Shown here piece after piece: positions 61,052-64,000 of a stretch of DNA of 64,000 nt (within the stretch, counting starts at the first letter, position 1; the number at the start of each line of letters is the position of its first letter). The DNA is from Eledone cirrhosa (lineage: Eukaryota), in the NCBI GenBank assembly GCA_964016885.1, contig OZ024757.1:39618001-39682000 (forward strand), given 5' to 3'. Under the pieces are notes generated by a model. The model made no database searches. It was not told where the DNA came from and saw nothing but the letters and a program-made list of their open reading frames with translations. Position numbers and translations under genes: made by a program.

Positions 61052-61640
61052 TTATTCCTGGGGGGATCCTGGGGGAAGAGTCCTCAAACACTCCTTCCAG
61101 CAGGTCCTGTCAGAAGCAACCGTCACCAACTGATCTAGCTGTTGGATCCCGCAAGCGTGACCAACCAAGCTCATCGATGCTATCCAACCATCTTGCTCGG
61201 GGTCTACCCATGGGTCTCTTACCGGTTGGTTTTGCGCGTAAAATCTGTCCAACGATTCTTTCCTGAGTAATTCTAACCACATGTCCATCGTATCGTGGCT
61301 GTGATCTCTCAATTCAGAGAAGTAGCGACTCTTCCTAGAGCGACTCTCTGGTCTCCGAGCTACAAATCTGTCCAGTGATTCTTTCCTAAGACATTCTAAC
61401 CACATGTCCATAGTATCGGAGCTGTGATCCCTCGATTCGGAGAGGTAGCGGTGCTAATTGGAGTGACTCTCTGATCTCTGAGCTACACTCTCTTTCCTAA
61501 GATATTTTACCCACATGTCCATAGTATCGGAGCTGCGATCTCTCAATTCAGGGAAGTAGCTGCTCTTCTTAGAGTGACAACCCTGATCTCCGAGCTACAA
61601 ATCTGTCGAGCGATTTTTTCCTGAGACATTCTACCCACAT
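61052..61640 (-). mobile_element. RTE-clade LINE 3' end with internal tandem amplification of a ~120 bp ORF segment
   Basis: 3' end homologous to 35590-35806; unit encoding RIERSQLRYYGHVVRM repeated three to four times (61242-61640). Confidence 0.75.
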
Positions 61641-62686
61641 ACACAACCTACTAAATGTTTAACCTCATTAGAATATAAAATCCAAAACATTTTATTGATT
61701 TTTATGAGCCACTTAAAGAATAAGATCACTTTCCTCGAAAATTCAGAACTTCGATATATTTAGAATTCTCCATCAAAACTAATTCTATTAACTAATTTAT
61801 CTTTTCGCACAACAAAACATTCGCCAGAATATTCATGGCATGTAAAAAAAATATAGGTGATGATGTGCTAAATGACCAAAAGAGAGTAAAAATTGTGCTC
61901 GCGCTAAATTCATTATCCTGCCTCAATTTCAACGTTTTTGAGCTTCATTGCACTTCGAAAAGCAATTTCTTTTAGAAATAATAAATGTCAACACTTTGCA
62001 TTGAGAATTCTGTTTTTGAAGTGGTTAAAACAACAAGAAGCTGATAACGTATTTCTCAATTTTTCTCTGATGACGTTTGAATTTTAAATATCGCGTTTGT
62101 CACATTAAGAGATACTTTAATCATAATTTCATCACCATTTTTAACATTTTACAAGAAACATGTTTTTTTCAAAATATTCTTAATTACATTTAACTGAGAA
62201 AGAAATCCAAAAATTTAGAAAAGAAACTTATAATCATTAGGATCGATCTTTGATGGAGTAATGTTACCATGACACTTTCCATGGGGCCCTGATACGGCTG
62301 AGAAGCTTTGAAGGAGTTAACTACACTCTTGAAACTTGTCCCGAAAGCTTGTAACAGAGAGGACTCCGACAAAGCAAACTAGGGCACGGTGGTGGCGTTA
62401 AACAAGAACCTGTTGGTGGTATTAAATAAAGGCATGGTGTTTGTGCTAAACAAGGACATAGTGGTGGCGTTAAAACAGGAAATTAATTAAACGTACGACG
62501 TGTATTAAGACTCGGCGTGTATTAAGACTCGGGTTTTTCAGAAGATAAAATTACATAGTGTATCCTGTTACATATATCTAGAAATTGATGGCTGAATTCT
62601 AACTTGAAATATCAAAAATGTAGCTTCTACTTGGTTGTTTATCCAGCAAGAAATTCCATTTACACAGAACATTACTATCGTAAAAT

Positions 62687-63062
62687 CTGAAGGACATACT
62701 CAGGATATTTGTCCTGGATATAATTTCTGCAGGTCACCCTCAGGATACTTACCCTGGATATATTATCTGAAGGGCCCTATCATGAAATTTACCCTGGATA
62801 TATTATCTGAAGGGCCCTCTCAGGAAATTTACCCTGGATATTTTATCTGAAGGGCCCCCTCAAAACATTTACACTGGATATATTATATAAAGGGCCCTCT
62901 AAGGATATTTACCCTGGGTATATTTTCAGAAGGGCCCTCTAAGGATATTTACGCTGGATATATTATCTGAAGGTCCCTCTCAGGACTTTTACCCTAGATA
63001 TATTATCTGAATACCCCTCTCACTATATTTATCCTGGACATATATTATCTGAATGGCCCTTT
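62687..63062. repeat. 40 bp minisatellite, about nine copies
   Basis: Unit ctgaagggccctctcaggatatttaccctggatatattat. Confidence 0.9.
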
Positions 63063-63517
63063 CTGCTTTAGAACTTAGATTCAACACAGTTGTGGACTTG
63101 GATTTTCTTTCTTGAAGTCGCTCGCACATTTTCCGGTTTGTTGTTTTGTTTTATTTTCGGTGTTTTTCTCTTTTCTTCCCTTTTCCCTTCTATTTTCCTT
63201 CCTTTCCTCCTCCGTTTTCCCAATAACTTACCCAGTTATTGAACGCTCTGGGGGTAGATATATTGTCTTTAAAGCGTTGAAATATCCGAGACAGCAAATA
63301 GACAAGTGATGAGCCCCCCCCCCCCCCCGTTCTTGCTTTCTACTTAATTTTAAGCCTATATTATATTTATTGTATTTATTATATTTATTATATTATATTA
63401 TATTTATTATATTATATTATATTTATTATATTATATTATATTACATTATATTATATTATATATTATATTATATTATATTATAAGGTCGGTGAATTGGCAG
63501 TATTATATTATATTATA

Positions 63518-64000
63518 CTAGCAAATGACCCCCGTCCATTGGACGGTGTCAGTTCTTGGTAGGGCTGCAATGTTAATGGTCAATTTCCGTGTTCTATGTT
63601 TAACTTGGAGGATAATTTTACCTGATCAACTCTTTCAATAAAAAAAAATGAGACGGTATTCAAAAAGAGCAAGTTTTATTTACAGATATGTGTCATTAAA
63701 ATGTGAACATAGAGAAATGTATCGTTAGCCGTGTCGGTTGAACAATGTGTATTTTAAAACATCCATCATGTACACAAACAAACACATACACACACATACA
63801 CACAAACACACACACATACGCACACAATCCCAAGACGTGACGTTGTGGAAGGGGGAGAGTTAAGAAGTGTAATAAATAAAGTTATAATTATAAACGCTGT
63901 ATTTATCATATTCGCGTCACACACACTCCTCTCTTTATTTATTTTACTCTCTCTCTCACTCCTCTCTTTCTATCTCCCTCTCACACATCCTTCTCTCTCT
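63518..64000 (-). mobile_element. Helitron 3' end; extent to the right uncertain
   Basis: Minus: ccgtcc-aat-ggacgg hairpin, then gggtcatttgCTAG|T, inside a (TATAT)n repeat. Confidence 0.6.

Noticed and set aside
62687-63062. CRISPR-like regular repeats
   Set aside because: Head-to-tail units with no unique spacers, no cas genes, eukaryotic context.

Overview
Very AT-rich, gene-poor eukaryotic genomic DNA (intergenic or intronic). The repeat content suggests an octopod cephalopod; this is inferred from the SINE types and extreme (TA)n load and is not proven. No intact host protein-coding gene is supported, and nearly all long ORFs in the track are (TA)n/(TATG)n artefacts. Recognisable content: kilobase-scale TA-based microsatellites, two tRNA-derived SINE families, RTE-clade LINE fragments (one with a twin-priming 5' inversion), non-autonomous Helitrons, and a 5'-truncated Penelope-like element (RT C-terminus plus GIY-YIG endonuclease). 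The main hidden signal is about 16 type I hammerhead-ribozyme (HHR) motifs from several unrelated sequence families. Almost all lie in 150-450 bp non-coding units inserted into (TA)n. Five of these units are near-perfect fold-back palindromes with an HHR copy on each strand (one copy is truncated). One further family carries a compensatory U3-A8 core variant. Together these look like a set of microsatellite-targeting, Penelope-mobilised, palindromic ribozyme mini-retroelements. Coordinates were read by eye and may be off by a few bases.
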